DNA of 64,000 bases from Terriglobia bacterium (lineage in GTDB: Bacteria; Acidobacteriota; Terriglobia; 20CM-2-55-15): NCBI GenBank assembly GCA_965216035.1, contig CBDCFM010000018.1, positions 256,134 through 320,133 on the forward strand, written 5' to 3'. Within the stretch, counting starts at the first letter, position 1, and every line of letters starts with the position of its first letter. The notes under the pieces are model-generated. The model was not told the origin of the DNA and searched no databases. It worked only from the letters and a program-made list of their open reading frames with translations. Both the position numbers and the translations under genes were made by a program. Positions 8,858 to 18,594 of this stretch are shown piece after piece.

Positions 8858-10150
8858 ATGCGCCGTTCGAAGGCTGAATCGAGCAATGTGCTGTGCATTG
8901 CTGCGCTCTTGTGCAGTGGTCTGTTCTTGGTTGCGGCTTGTTCAACGCCGGGCACGGTCGACGCACCGGAAACGTCAGACGTGACGGTGTTCGAAGGGGC
9001 GCGGCTGATCGTGGGAAATGGCAGCGAGCCCATCGAGGATTCCGTATTCATAGTTGAGAATGATCGGTTCGCGGCTGTGGGTAGAAGCGGGGAGCTCGAC
9101 CTTCCCCCGGGCGCGCCGCGAGTGGATCTCAGCGGCAAGACCGTCACGCCCGCGATCGTTGACTCGCACAAGCACCTGGCCGAAACCCGGGAGGGTCTCG
9201 TCGATCAGTTGGAGCATTTTGCCTATTATGGGGTTGGCGTGGCGACGAGCCTCGGCCGGGACGTCGGCGAGATGCCGTTGGAGGTACGAGAAGCGATCAT
9301 TCCCAACGCTGCGCGATTTCGCACCGCGGGGATCGGGATTACCGGGGAGGAGCCGGGGCGATCAGAAATTCCATACTGGATTACAAGCGAAGAGGAAGCC
9401 CGGACGGCCGTCCAGCAGGAAGCCGCCAGGAATGTCGACCTGATCAAGATCTGGGTTGACGACCGGGATGGCATGTTCGAGAAATTGACTCCCGAGCTGT
9501 ATGGTGCAGTGATCGACGAGGCCCACGCGAACAACATCCGCGTCACGGCCCATATCTTTACGCTCGAGGATGCTAAAGGGCTCCTCAGAGCGGGTCTCGA
9601 CGCATTCGCGCATGGCATCCGGGACCAGGACGTCGATGAAGAGGTCCTTGAGTTATTCAGAGAGCGCCCGAACGTGTTCCTGGTGCCGAACCTTCCGAAC
9701 CGAGGCGTTGCAGTGGACCTCAGCTGGCTGAGCGGGACCATCCCGAGTGAGGAGCTGGAGAGCCTGCAAGCGGCGTCCACGGACCGGCCGGAAGCACAAG
9801 AGGCTTTCGGAATCCAGGCCCGCAACCTGGCAAGACTCCACGAGGAGGGAGTGCGGATCGCGTTTGGTACCGACGGCGCCGCCCCCTGGAATGCCTCCAT
9901 TGAGATGGAAGACATGGTGGCCGCGGGGATGACGCCGGCCGCGGTGATCGAGGCGGCGACCCGCAATTCGGCCGACCTGCTGCAACTCACCGACGTCGGC
10001 ACGGTGGAAACGGGTAAGAGCGCAGATTTCATCGTCCTGGACGCGAATCCGCTCGACGACATCACCAATATTCGCCAAATCGCGTCAGTCTATCTCCGCG
10101 GTGCAGAAGTAGACCGCGCCGGGTTCCGGGAACGGAGGAACGTCCAGTAG
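8858..10150 (+). CDS. amidohydrolase family protein (metal-dependent hydrolase), lipoprotein
   Basis: Lipobox LFLVAACS. Motifs DSHKHL (HxH), VTAHIFTLEDAKG, FGTDGAAPWN, GKSADFIVLDANPLDDI. 430 aa. Confidence 0.8.
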   Translation: MRRSKAESSNVLCIAALLCSGLFLVAACSTPGTVDAPETSDVTVFEGARLIVGNGSEPIEDSVFIVENDRFAAVGRSGELDLPPGAPRVDLSGKTVTPAIVDSHKHLAETREGLVDQLEHFAYYGVGVATSLGRDVGEMPLEVREAIIPNAARFRTAGIGITGEEPGRSEIPYWITSEEEARTAVQQEAARNVDLIKIWVDDRDGMFEKLTPELYGAVIDEAHANNIRVTAHIFTLEDAKGLLRAGLDAFAHGIRDQDVDEEVLELFRERPNVFLVPNLPNRGVAVDLSWLSGTIPSEELESLQAASTDRPEAQEAFGIQARNLARLHEEGVRIAFGTDGAAPWNASIEMEDMVAAGMTPAAVIEAATRNSADLLQLTDVGTVETGKSADFIVLDANPLDDITNIRQIASVYLRGAEVDRAGFRERRNVQ

Positions 10151-10393
10151 TTGGAGTGAGGATCGAGCCGATCCGAGGGAACTCAGCGAAGCTGCGTCGA
10201 TGCGTGTGGCTGGCGCTGAGTGAATCTGTGGAAAAATTCGGGACAGGGCGCACCCCACGCCCGCTTTCGGTAGGGCACCTTCTACGGGAAGCGTAGTTGG
10301 CGTTGCCGGGTGTGGATGATTCCTGTCCCCGTTAATTTCTTGTGCTTCGCTGGTTTTTTTGACCTCATGTTCCGGTCCGCTTGAGGAGGTTCC

Positions 10394-12424
10394 ATGATCC
10401 TGAGAACTGTGCTGCTGATGCTTGCTTTGACGGCATCGGCCGGCGCGGAGGTGGTCCGCGTCGAAGTTCGATCCCGCACGGATTTGCTCGCTGGAAAAGC
10501 GTTCGGGTCGGTCGGCGCGTATGAAAAGTTGTCCGGCAAGATCTATTTCGCAGTGGATCCCGATAACAGCGCAAACCAGGCCATTGTGGATGTCGATAAA
10601 GCGCATCGCAACGCGGCAGGCATGGTGGAGTTCTCCGCCGATTTCGACATGCTCAGACCCAGGGATCTGGCGCGCGGAAATGGAGTTCTTCTGTATGAGG
10701 TCGTCAACCGGGGCAACAAGATGATGCTTCAAGACCTCAATTTCGGTTCGGGCGGCTTTGGGTCGGCGAACGACCTGAACGAAGCGGCCGATCTCGGCGA
10801 TGGCTTCTTGATGGAACAGGGATTCACTCTGCTGTGGGTGGGGTGGCAGTTTAACGTGCCCATGCGCAATGACCCTGTCCGGGCCTATCTGCCGATAGCG
10901 CGCGAAGCTGATGGCAGTCCGATTCAGGGTCTGGTGCGAAGCGATTTCGTACTTAGGGAAAGATCCACTGAAGCCGAGATTCCGGGCCGCGGACAGACTG
11001 GATATCCAGTCGCTGACCCTGACGATGCATCCAACACCCTCACCGTGCGAGACACGGTTGAAGGCCCAAGGCGGGTGATTCCCCGCAGCGAGTGGGAGTT
11101 TACGCCGGATGGGCAAGGCGTTCGAATGGTCGCGGGTTTCGAGCCCATGAAGATCTATGAAGTCGTCTATAATTCCCAGGACCCGTCGGTAGCCGGACTG
11201 GGCTTCGCGGCGATGCGCGATGCGATTTCACACCTGAAATACGGGTCGGTCCCCGAACTGTCGATTCCACAGGGTGCGTTTGGGCGCGTGATCGGGTATG
11301 GGCGCTCCATGAGTGGCCGTTTCCTGCGCACCTTTTTGTATTACGGTTTTAACGAAGATGCATCGCACCGTAAAGTGTTGGACGGTGTTATGGCGCACGT
11401 TGCGGGCAGCAGTCGCGGAGGCTTCAATCACCGCTTCGCGCAACCGTCGCGCGGCTCGGACCCGTTCGCGAATTTTTTCTACCCCGTCGACGTCTTCCCG
11501 TTCACTGACGTTTCCCAGCTTGATCCCGCGACGGGCCGCCGTGATGGTCTTCTAACGCATGGCACGCAGCCGGAATTTCTACCGAAAGTGATGTATACGA
11601 ATTCATCCCACGAGTACTGGACACATGTGGGGGCCCTTCACCACGTCAGTGTATCGGGCGATCGGGACGCCGCACTCATGCCGAACGTTCGCCTGTACCT
11701 GTTTACAGGCGGTCAACACGGTGTGGGTCCGTTCCCGCCCCGGGTTCAAAACGGGCAGCAGTTTTCGACGCCGCTGGACTATCGGTGGGCCTCGCGCAAG
11801 CTCCTGTTATCCCTGGACCGGTGGATTGCGGCGGGCATTGATCCGCCTCCGAGCGCCTATCCTCGCGTGGACAACGGCACGCTCGTCACTCCAGAGAAGT
11901 TGCGCCTGCCGCGGATTCCGAACGTTGGTCCGCACCCAGCGCCTCACAAGGCCTATCGCGTCGACTACGGCCCCGAATTTCTGCCGAAAGGGATCATTAC
12001 CCAGGAACCGCCGAAGCTGGGGCCCGCTTATCCCAGTTTGGTCCCGCAAGCGGACGCAGACGGCAACGGGCTGGCCGGTATTCGCATGCCCGAGCTTGCT
12101 GTTCCCGTGGCAACCTATATGGGTTGGAATTTGTACAATGAGCGCACGGGTCCGACCCACGTGGTCGCAGTTTCGAACGGATCATTCATTCCCTTCGCTC
12201 CGACGCGCGCCGCCCGCGAAAGAACAGGCGATCCCCGTCTGTCGGTAGAGGAGCGCTACCGGGGCCGTGACCACTATTTAGGTCTCATCCGGAATGCGGC
12301 CGATGACCTGGTCTCGAACGGCTATTTGATTCCCGAAGACGTTCCTCGGATCGTGGAACAGGCCGGCACACGCTGGGATTACGTGATGTTCCCACCTGCT
12401 GAATCTGAGGGCAGCCCGAATTGA
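10394..12424 (+). CDS. hypothetical secreted protein (possibly alpha/beta-hydrolase-like)
   Basis: 676 aa, signal peptide MILRTVLLMLALTASAGA, GGAGG RBS upstream. Block GYGRSMSGRFLRTF is reminiscent of a nucleophile elbow but is not a canonical GxSxG. No confident domain call. Confidence 0.5.
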   Translation: MILRTVLLMLALTASAGAEVVRVEVRSRTDLLAGKAFGSVGAYEKLSGKIYFAVDPDNSANQAIVDVDKAHRNAAGMVEFSADFDMLRPRDLARGNGVLLYEVVNRGNKMMLQDLNFGSGGFGSANDLNEAADLGDGFLMEQGFTLLWVGWQFNVPMRNDPVRAYLPIAREADGSPIQGLVRSDFVLRERSTEAEIPGRGQTGYPVADPDDASNTLTVRDTVEGPRRVIPRSEWEFTPDGQGVRMVAGFEPMKIYEVVYNSQDPSVAGLGFAAMRDAISHLKYGSVPELSIPQGAFGRVIGYGRSMSGRFLRTFLYYGFNEDASHRKVLDGVMAHVAGSSRGGFNHRFAQPSRGSDPFANFFYPVDVFPFTDVSQLDPATGRRDGLLTHGTQPEFLPKVMYTNSSHEYWTHVGALHHVSVSGDRDAALMPNVRLYLFTGGQHGVGPFPPRVQNGQQFSTPLDYRWASRKLLLSLDRWIAAGIDPPPSAYPRVDNGTLVTPEKLRLPRIPNVGPHPAPHKAYRVDYGPEFLPKGIITQEPPKLGPAYPSLVPQADADGNGLAGIRMPELAVPVATYMGWNLYNERTGPTHVVAVSNGSFIPFAPTRAARERTGDPRLSVEERYRGRDHYLGLIRNAADDLVSNGYLIPEDVPRIVEQAGTRWDYVMFPPAESEGSPN

Positions 12425-12681
12425 CGCGTTTCACAGGTCCATACAGAACGTCCGGTCGATAGAGGCTCGTTACGTAGAGAAAGGCCTGTATGGGCAGGAT
12501 CGCTGGCAAAGCCATAGCTGGCCTTTCAGATTGATAAGCCTGGCGCTAGTGTCCCGAGGCAGAGATTCGCTACAACAAGATGCCGCTCGGTCGTTCATTC
12601 AGACAAACTGTTTGAACGACCGGCGACGCCCGCGATCATCATGATCGCGGGCCCACTTTGAGAGCAATACGGTACGCAATT

Positions 12682-12726
12682 GAAAGAAAAAAGCAAGCCC
12701 CGCACCGGTCCCGCCGGTGCGGGGGA
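12682..12726 (-). terminator. rho-independent terminator for the minus-strand MoxR/VWA operon
   Basis: Perfect 11-bp inverted repeat CCCCGCACCGG / CCGGTGCGGGG (12699-12725) with a 5-nt loop. On the minus strand it is followed by a T-rich run (TTGCTTTTTTCTTTC). Lies about 100 nt downstream of the last operon gene (12831). Confidence 0.6.
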
Positions 12727-12830
12727 ACGGCTTTCACATTAAAGCTGCGGAGCCGAGGCGTTCAGAGGAAGAAAATGATCGCTGTGGGCCATGACCCAAG
12801 TATCGGGTATTGAGCTTTCAAATCAGGCCA

Positions 12831-13763
12831 CTAGCTGAGGTCGACGAAATGAGGGATGCTGTTGAGGATCATCCGCAGAGCGAGAGCCGCGAATGCCAGC
12901 AGGACAAAAACAAAGTAGGCGGGTTGTTCCCGCCTTAACTGCAGCGTAGAGAAGACGCCCTGCTCTGTAGTGTTGATCTCCTCGAAAGCCTCCGCGATGT
13001 GTTCGGGGTTCTGAGCGTCAAAAAATTTCCCGCCCGTGGACGGGACAGCCGCGGCGATCTGCCGGGCGGCGCCCTGTTGGAGCGCGACTCCGATAAAGTA
13101 GATACGGACTCCTTCCAGGCGTGCTCTTTCCACCTCCTGCAGGGGGTCCCTTCCCCAATTGCTTTCACCATCGCTGAACAAGACGATGACCTCACCTTTG
13201 CCGCGGCCACCGCGTTCTCTGCTGAAGAGAAAGAACTCCTGCGCAGCGGCAAGACCTTCTCCGATAGCCGTGTAACCCTCGTGCGCCAGTGTCTGCGGGC
13301 TGACCCGCGTCAGATACGACAGCAGGCTGTCGTGATCAAACGTGGCGGGTGTGACCAGATATCCGTTGTGGGAAAACACGACCAGGCCAACCGCATCACC
13401 CGGGCGGCGATCGATGAATTCGGTTGCGCTCGCCTTGACGGCTTCCATTCTCGTACGATTCCCCAGCGGTATCTCCATGCTCTGGGAGAGATCCAGCACC
13501 ATCAGAATCTGCAGTCCGCCGCGTTCAATGCGGTTTACGACGAACGGGTAGATCGGACCCAGCAAGGCGGTGATCAGGAACGCAACCGCCGCTGCCTCCA
13601 GGATGTTCGGCATGCGCAAAATGGGGTTCGGGCCGCCGATCTCTTCCTGCATCTGGGGCACGAGGGAGTGTCCCCAGTAGTGCCGCCTCCAGAAGCGCAC
13701 GACCACCGCGACGAGCAGTAGCGGAGCCGCTATATAAAGCCACTGGAGGTGCAAGAAGGTCAT
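12831..13763 (-). CDS. VWA domain-containing protein (BatA/BatB-like), membrane anchored
   Basis: N-terminal TM helix. DxSxS MIDAS motif in VLDLSQSM. GDAVGLVVFS...LVTP, GYTAIGEGL, VLFSDGESN are typical of Bat-type VWA proteins. Confidence 0.8.
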   Translation of the reverse strand: MTFLHLQWLYIAAPLLLVAVVVRFWRRHYWGHSLVPQMQEEIGGPNPILRMPNILEAAAVAFLITALLGPIYPFVVNRIERGGLQILMVLDLSQSMEIPLGNRTRMEAVKASATEFIDRRPGDAVGLVVFSHNGYLVTPATFDHDSLLSYLTRVSPQTLAHEGYTAIGEGLAAAQEFFLFSRERGGRGKGEVIVLFSDGESNWGRDPLQEVERARLEGVRIYFIGVALQQGAARQIAAAVPSTGGKFFDAQNPEHIAEAFEEINTTEQGVFSTLQLRREQPAYFVFVLLAFAALALRMILNSIPHFVDLS

Positions 13764-13770
13764 TTGCTAG

Positions 13771-14742
13771 CTACTCCCTGGTACTCAAGATTTCCCGAAC
13801 GTCTTCGGCCACCTCGCGCGCGGCATCCGTGTGGTCGGAGGAGACGCCGTTGCTCTTGTAGCGGATTGTTTCGCAAGTCTCCATCACGTTGGCTACTCTT
13901 TGAGTGAGGATCGGGTTCGAGCCCAGACTCTCCATCTGTTCGCGCATCTCCTCAGCCGTCAATCCCATTGTGGGCGTCTCCAGGTAATACCCGAGGTATT
14001 CCTTCAAGTTCTGGTAGGAACGGTCCAAAAAACCCGAACACGTCTCCGGATCGGTGAAGTCCGAAGGAACGGCACTGATCCACCCCTCGCGCACGGCTTT
14101 CATCGCTTTGCGCCGGTCCGGACCTTTGCGAGATTTCCGTCGCTGGAAAAAGAGCGCGAGCTCCCGCCCGGACCCAACGACGAGCAGCGCACCGCAGATC
14201 CAGCCGAGAACAGGAAGCGCCCATCGGTTGGGGTCCCAACCGGTCACCGTAACGGCATCGCGGATATCGTTGGCCATCGCTGACAATGTGCTGCGGATTC
14301 CGATGGCGGGTCCGGGTATCGTCAGGCTTTCGGCCGCCGCCTGATCCACGCTGACCGTATTATTTTCTGTGCGGAAGTAAAACAGGGTGAACTGTGGAAT
14401 GTCCATCCGGGTCAGCTGCGATTCGAAATTGGCCAGCGTCAGGTCTACGAACAACCGCTGGCCCGTGTCATTGACGGTCAGATTCGTCTGGACGTCCATG
14501 ACCTCGAACGGGTCCATGTTCACGGTCTCCTGGTTCAGGTTGTCGAGAACGAATTCGTAATCGGAGGAGTAGTCGACGATGATCAAATAGTGGAACTGGT
14601 CGCCAGGCCAGACGGCTGTGCGATCCAAATGAACAGTGAACCGCATGCCCGGCGCGTCAGGAACGCCATCGGTCGACACTGCCTGAGCCCAGACATACGG
14701 ACTCACGAACATCAGCGCTATGCATAGCAAAGTCGCCTTCAT
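13771..14742 (-). CDS. hypothetical membrane protein of the MoxR/VWA (Bat-like) operon
   Basis: Start moved to MKATLLCIALMF (signal peptide), which gives a 4-nt overlap with the upstream DUF58 gene. Internal TM segment (VLGWICGALLVVG) followed by a basic cytosolic stretch. Position corresponds to BatD-like genes but no domain is recognised. Confidence 0.5.
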   Translation of the reverse strand: MKATLLCIALMFVSPYVWAQAVSTDGVPDAPGMRFTVHLDRTAVWPGDQFHYLIIVDYSSDYEFVLDNLNQETVNMDPFEVMDVQTNLTVNDTGQRLFVDLTLANFESQLTRMDIPQFTLFYFRTENNTVSVDQAAAESLTIPGPAIGIRSTLSAMANDIRDAVTVTGWDPNRWALPVLGWICGALLVVGSGRELALFFQRRKSRKGPDRRKAMKAVREGWISAVPSDFTDPETCSGFLDRSYQNLKEYLGYYLETPTMGLTAEEMREQMESLGSNPILTQRVANVMETCETIRYKSNGVSSDHTDAAREVAEDVREILSTRE

Positions 14743-15632
14743 ATTTTCTTCCGCCTTTGAAATAGCATCATCAGGGAATCGGTAAACGCTTCGCCCACGT
14801 TCAAAAACAGGCACTCCATACCCAACGAATAAAACAGATCCTGGAGTTCCGTTTTTCGTTTCTCCACCAAAGTGTCGAATGCCCGCCTCTGACGCGAGGA
14901 AAGGCTGAGCAATATTTCCTGACGGCCCTCGGCCGAGCGAAAGCGGAGCAGCCCTTTCCCTGTCGGAAGGTTACTTTCCAGTTGATCGGTGAACACGATG
15001 GGAACCACGTCATGTTTTTGCGCCAGCACCTTGAGATCGGGCAGCTCGGCCAGCTGGCGCGCATTCGGGTCGGTGATGAAATCCGAGAGCAGAAAAACAA
15101 CGGACATGCCCCGAAGCTGACTGCGTAGAAAACGCAACGCGAGCTCCCAATTGGTTCCCGAGTGCTTCGGTTTCAGGTTGTGAAGCCGATCAATCGCTCG
15201 CCACACATGGGCGCGGCCCTTGCGGGGGGGCTCGTAGGCTTCGACCTGATCACTGAACGCCAGCCAGCCGAAGTTGCAGCTGTCGCTCACAGCAGAAAAG
15301 CCGAGGGTGGCGCCCACCTGCATGACACGTAAATTCTTGGAATGTTTCGCCGTCGAGAAACGCATTGAGCCGGATATATCCGCCACCAGAAATACCGAGA
15401 CCTCCCGTTCCTCAAAATGGCGCTTGATGAAGACTTCCTGCATTCGCGCCGTAACGTTCCAATCGATACGCCGAAAATCTTCCCCAATCTGGTACTTGCG
15501 GTGGGCCTCGAATTCGTAGCCAGAGCCCTTGAGTGGGCTGCGGCTCTGTCCGAATCGCAGACTGCGAATGCGCCGCGCCACACTGATTTCTACGTATCGA
15601 AGCTCTTCGACTAATTCCGGCGCCAAAGCCAT
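14739..15632 (-). CDS. DUF58 domain-containing protein (MoxR-associated)
   Basis: Motifs LKGSGYEFEAHRKYQIGEDFRRIDWNVTAR and VFLVADISGSM are typical of DUF58. Directly downstream of the MoxR ATPase gene. Confidence 0.8.
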   Translation of the reverse strand: MALAPELVEELRYVEISVARRIRSLRFGQSRSPLKGSGYEFEAHRKYQIGEDFRRIDWNVTARMQEVFIKRHFEEREVSVFLVADISGSMRFSTAKHSKNLRVMQVGATLGFSAVSDSCNFGWLAFSDQVEAYEPPRKGRAHVWRAIDRLHNLKPKHSGTNWELALRFLRSQLRGMSVVFLLSDFITDPNARQLAELPDLKVLAQKHDVVPIVFTDQLESNLPTGKGLLRFRSAEGRQEILLSLSSRQRRAFDTLVEKRKTELQDLFYSLGMECLFLNVGEAFTDSLMMLFQRRKKI

Positions 15633-15641
15633 GGGACCTTC

Positions 15642-16661
15642 TTAAGGAATCGGAGTATGTTTCAACACTTCGGTGACGATCTCGTCAGACTCCACGTTTT
15701 CGACTTCCGCCCGGATCGTGCGCACAATTCTGTGATGCATCACATCCGGCGCAATGTACTTCACATCCGAAGGGAGAACGTAATCGCGCCGGCGGAAAAA
15801 AGCTACGGCACGGCACATCGCCAGCAGGTGATTGTACGAGCGTGGCGATACGCCGTGCATGACCATCTCATCCACAATCGGCAGTGTGTTCGAGCCGTTA
15901 CTGCGCGTGTTCTGGCCGATGGCAACAATATACCGACGAATCTTGTCGTCCACGTACACCTGGCCGACCATTTGCCGGATCGCGAGGACTGCTCTGGGGT
16001 GGGTCACCGATTCCAGGCGCGTTTTTTCGAGGCTGGCTGAGAGCATCTCGTATTCGCTTTCCGGGGACGGGTAGTGAACGCGAACCATCATGCAGAAACG
16101 ATCCAGCTGGGCTTCCGGCAGTGAGAACACGCCTTCCTGCTCCACGGGGTTCTGAGTCGCCAGGACCCAGAATGGATCATCCAGAGCGTAGGTGTTTTCG
16201 CCGATCGTCACCTGCCGCTCCTGCATGGCTTCGAGCAAGGCGCTCTGCGTCTTCTGTGGGGCGCGGTTGATTTCATCCGCCAGAATAATGTTCGCGAAGA
16301 TAGGACCTGTTTCAGTGCGGAATTCGCCGGACTTGCTATCGAAGATTTTCGTTCCAAGAATATCCGCGGGCAGCATGTCCGGCGTGAACTGTATGCGCTG
16401 GAACTTGGCGTCGATCGTACTCGCTATGGCAGAGACAAGCAGTGTTTTGGCGAGTCCGGGCACGCCTTCCAACAAAATGTGACCTGAGCCTGCTTTCTCG
16501 TCCTCCCCCTTCTTGAACGAATAAGAAATGCGCCCGAACAGCCCGATCAGAATGCGCCGGATCAGATCGTCCTGGCCGATAATGACCTTGCGGATCTGCT
16601 CCTCGATCTGGGCGATGACCTCCCATGCCTGCTCTCTTGATTCGACTTGTTCGTTCAACAA
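15642..16661 (-). CDS. MoxR family AAA+ ATPase
   Basis: Walker A in ILLEGVPGLAKT. Walker B/sensor in IILADEINRAPQKTQSALLEAMQERQVTI. 339 aa. Confidence 0.9.
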   Translation of the reverse strand: MLNEQVESREQAWEVIAQIEEQIRKVIIGQDDLIRRILIGLFGRISYSFKKGEDEKAGSGHILLEGVPGLAKTLLVSAIASTIDAKFQRIQFTPDMLPADILGTKIFDSKSGEFRTETGPIFANIILADEINRAPQKTQSALLEAMQERQVTIGENTYALDDPFWVLATQNPVEQEGVFSLPEAQLDRFCMMVRVHYPSPESEYEMLSASLEKTRLESVTHPRAVLAIRQMVGQVYVDDKIRRYIVAIGQNTRSNGSNTLPIVDEMVMHGVSPRSYNHLLAMCRAVAFFRRRDYVLPSDVKYIAPDVMHHRIVRTIRAEVENVESDEIVTEVLKHTPIP

Positions 16662-16689
16662 TCCAGTCCTCAGGGGCTCCCCAGGTCGA

Positions 16690-17709
16690 CTATAAGAAGA
16701 CCCCGATCAACAGGCATCCCAGGGCAGCCATCAGAAAATACATATAGAGGTCCCGGCGGACAGCGCTCGATTCAAAGCCAGATACGGGCCGGCTGTGCAC
16801 CAGGATTTCCTCCATGACTTGATTCAACTGTTCTTCCAACTCACCGCGCACAAACCTTCCGCCCGTCTTGTCGGAGACCTCTCGCATGGTTCTGGCCTGC
16901 GCTTGACTGATCAGCCGGACCCCGTCGTATCGCTGGTAATACCTTACCGGCCGCCCGTTCAAGCCTCCAACCATTTCCATCGGTACGTTCGAGCCATTCG
17001 CCGTACCCAGGCCGATGGAATAGATTTTGATCCCAGATCGAACGACCTCGGCCAGCGGCTCCTCGATCTCGTCCGCCGTATCGTCGCCATCTGAAACGAG
17101 GACGAATACCACGCGGCGGTTCTGGGCGCCTTCCGGATCGATCGTTCGTTCCGTTGCAACCAGCTGCATCGCGTTTGTCAGCACGGCTCCCACATTGGTA
17201 CCCGGCTGCGGCACATTCTGGTGATTGAGATAATCGAAATACAGCAAGATGCTTTGCGGATCGCGGGTCATGTAGGACAACACGACGCTCGTCCAATTGA
17301 ATGAGATCAACCCGTAACGATCCTCGGGCTGCTTCAAAAAGATGAACCTCTCAATAATCCGCTCAGCGCGGCCCAGCCGGCTGGGATCCATGTCGCGTCC
17401 GTACATGGAGGGAGATGTGTCCAACAGGAACACCAAATCAGTGGGTGTCGGAATGGCACGCAGCTCTCGGACAATCGCGCTGGGCTCGGCCAGGGCCAGG
17501 ACCATCAGCGTGAGAGCGCCTGCAAACAGCAGACCGCGGAACCACCCTCGGCCTGACCATGAGATTCTCGAGACTGCCGCGAGGTTACCGATATTTCCGA
17601 AGCGGACCCGCATCCGCCGCAAGTGCCACACACCGATTCCCCAGAGCAGGGCCACAAAGGGAATCAGCAGCAACAGCCAGAAGAGTTCTTGTCTTGCAAA
17701 TTCCATCAA
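16690..17709 (-). CDS. VWA domain-containing protein (BatA-like), membrane anchored
   Basis: N-terminal TM helices (LFWLLLLIPFVALLW). MIDAS DTSPSM. VSDGDDT and IKIYSIGLG motifs. Confidence 0.8.
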   Translation of the reverse strand: MMEFARQELFWLLLLIPFVALLWGIGVWHLRRMRVRFGNIGNLAAVSRISWSGRGWFRGLLFAGALTLMVLALAEPSAIVRELRAIPTPTDLVFLLDTSPSMYGRDMDPSRLGRAERIIERFIFLKQPEDRYGLISFNWTSVVLSYMTRDPQSILLYFDYLNHQNVPQPGTNVGAVLTNAMQLVATERTIDPEGAQNRRVVFVLVSDGDDTADEIEEPLAEVVRSGIKIYSIGLGTANGSNVPMEMVGGLNGRPVRYYQRYDGVRLISQAQARTMREVSDKTGGRFVRGELEEQLNQVMEEILVHSRPVSGFESSAVRRDLYMYFLMAALGCLLIGVFL

Positions 17710-17740
17710 AGATTATCGCTGAGTCATCAAGGAGCCGACG

Positions 17741-18364
17741 TCAAGGCGAAAGTTCCGCCGGAAGGGTTGTCGGCGGTGGATCCTGGTTCTCACCGTCCAT
17801 CATCAACAGGGGGATCTGTGCCGGCCGAGCCCGATTCAGGCGCAGGAACTCAAAATTGTATTTGGCGTCCCAGTCATCCGGGCAGAGGCGCAGGGAATCA
17901 CGCAGATAGGTTTCGGCGGTGCGCAGGGCGTCGTCCAGCAACCCCGGATCCCGTTCCGACGACTCGCGGTAATTCCTGATAGCTCTGCGGAAGGCAATGT
18001 CGCCGTTTAACAGAAGGTATCGGCAATCGTTGTTGGTGACACCGGCAATTTCAGCTTCGCGGTCCATCGCGACCTCAGCATCGTCATAGCGACCGAGGGC
18101 ATAGAGCAGGCGCGCCTGATTCAAAATAAGATTCCCGCGATCTTTTGCCGGGATCATGCGCAGAGCACCCAGAGAACGCAGCTGGTCCTCGATGCTCTCG
18201 TACTGGGTCAGCGCAGCCTCCACATCGCCCCGGCCATACTCGGCCGCAGCCTGATCCATGCCGCGCAACAGCGAGCCATAACTGAGCCCGATTACCGTCA
18301 CGATCAGCAGCGCCATCGCCGCAAAAGCCTTGCCGAACTGTTTGCCGTATTTTTTTCGAGCCAT
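17741..18364 (-). CDS. TPR repeat protein (BatC-like), first gene of the operon
   Basis: N-terminal TM anchor (FAAMALLIVTVIGLSY) followed by TPR-like helical repeats (ALGRYDDAEVAMDREAEI...). Confidence 0.6.
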   Translation of the reverse strand: MARKKYGKQFGKAFAAMALLIVTVIGLSYGSLLRGMDQAAAEYGRGDVEAALTQYESIEDQLRSLGALRMIPAKDRGNLILNQARLLYALGRYDDAEVAMDREAEIAGVTNNDCRYLLLNGDIAFRRAIRNYRESSERDPGLLDDALRTAETYLRDSLRLCPDDWDAKYNFEFLRLNRARPAQIPLLMMDGENQDPPPTTLPAELSP

Positions 18365-18594
18365 GTGTTTGCCTGCGTTTCTTTTGCTTGCGTGCTTGCG
18401 TCCCTACATCAAATAGACATACAAATACACATCGATATTAAACTTACAACTCACTGAATCCAAGCTGTTTTATTCCCCCACTATGAGGCGTTCGGAGAGG
18501 CGTTCGGATTGCTTCTCATATCGGGACATTCTAGGGGACAGCCTAGGGGACGTTCTAGCGGATGGTGTTACAGAAGATCGGCGTGGCAGGGGGT

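Noticed and set aside
9226-11116. 280-aa and 343-aa minus-strand ORFs
   Set aside because: Antisense to the amidohydrolase and the 676-aa gene. Ser/Arg/Ala-rich, no motifs.
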